From an uncultured Pelagibacteraceae bacterium (GTDB lineage: Bacteria; Pseudomonadota; Alphaproteobacteria; Pelagibacterales; Pelagibacteraceae): a stretch of DNA of 64,000 nucleotides. A program made the translations under genes and the position numbers. Under the pieces are notes generated by a model. That model did no database searches. It saw nothing but the letters and a program-made list of their open reading frames with translations, and was not told where the DNA came from. This document shows, one piece after another, positions 64,000-64,000 of this stretch (position 1 is its first letter; the number at the start of each line of letters is the position of its first letter). The DNA is taken from positions 6,977 through 70,976 of the forward strand of contig CACPGV010000001.1 of the NCBI GenBank assembly GCA_902633595.1, in the 5' to 3' direction.

Positions 64000-64000
64000 A

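Overview
AT-rich, tightly packed core-genome segment of a streamlined marine alphaproteobacterium. Gene content, order and near-zero spacers point to SAR11 / 'Candidatus Pelagibacter' (inferred, not database-checked). Contents in order: hisG 3' end; a two-gene glycosyltransferase + methyltransferase insert; groEL-groES; HAD-ribF-ileS-lspA-lipoprotein-pgi; purD-rsmD; ubiA-msbA-waaA-lpxK-lpxL; CDGSH-HAD-pirin-qor; rsmE; the aa3 cytochrome c oxidase operon plus thrC-prx; a ~12.5 kb minus-strand run (DUF721/DciA-dsbA-smc-atpIBEF'F-crtIBY-blh-ispH-thrB-rnhA); mutY-FAD monooxygenase; udg-rnhB-ccrM; TPR-ispE-tRNA-Gln-cca; trmL-hemF-greA; petABC; lgt-midA-pgeF-prs-rplY-pth-ychF; ubiK; and MarR-OmpR-EnvZ. 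No transposase, integrase, prophage or CRISPR array was seen. Best leads: (1) an 814-aa Smc with intact ATPase heads but no recognisable hinge domain; (2) GAWTC looks depleted while GASTC does not, and a GAWTC inverted repeat sits just upstream of ccrM, suggesting narrowed CcrM specificity and autoregulation; (3) a candidate sRNA between the methyltransferase and groEL; (4) a CDI-like glycosyltransferase/methyltransferase cassette; (5) cca starting 7 nt after tRNA-Gln; (6) a MutY lacking the FSH 8-oxoG-recognition loop. Two homopolymer frameshifts (petA, pgeF) are probably sequence errors. All motif counts were done by eye.
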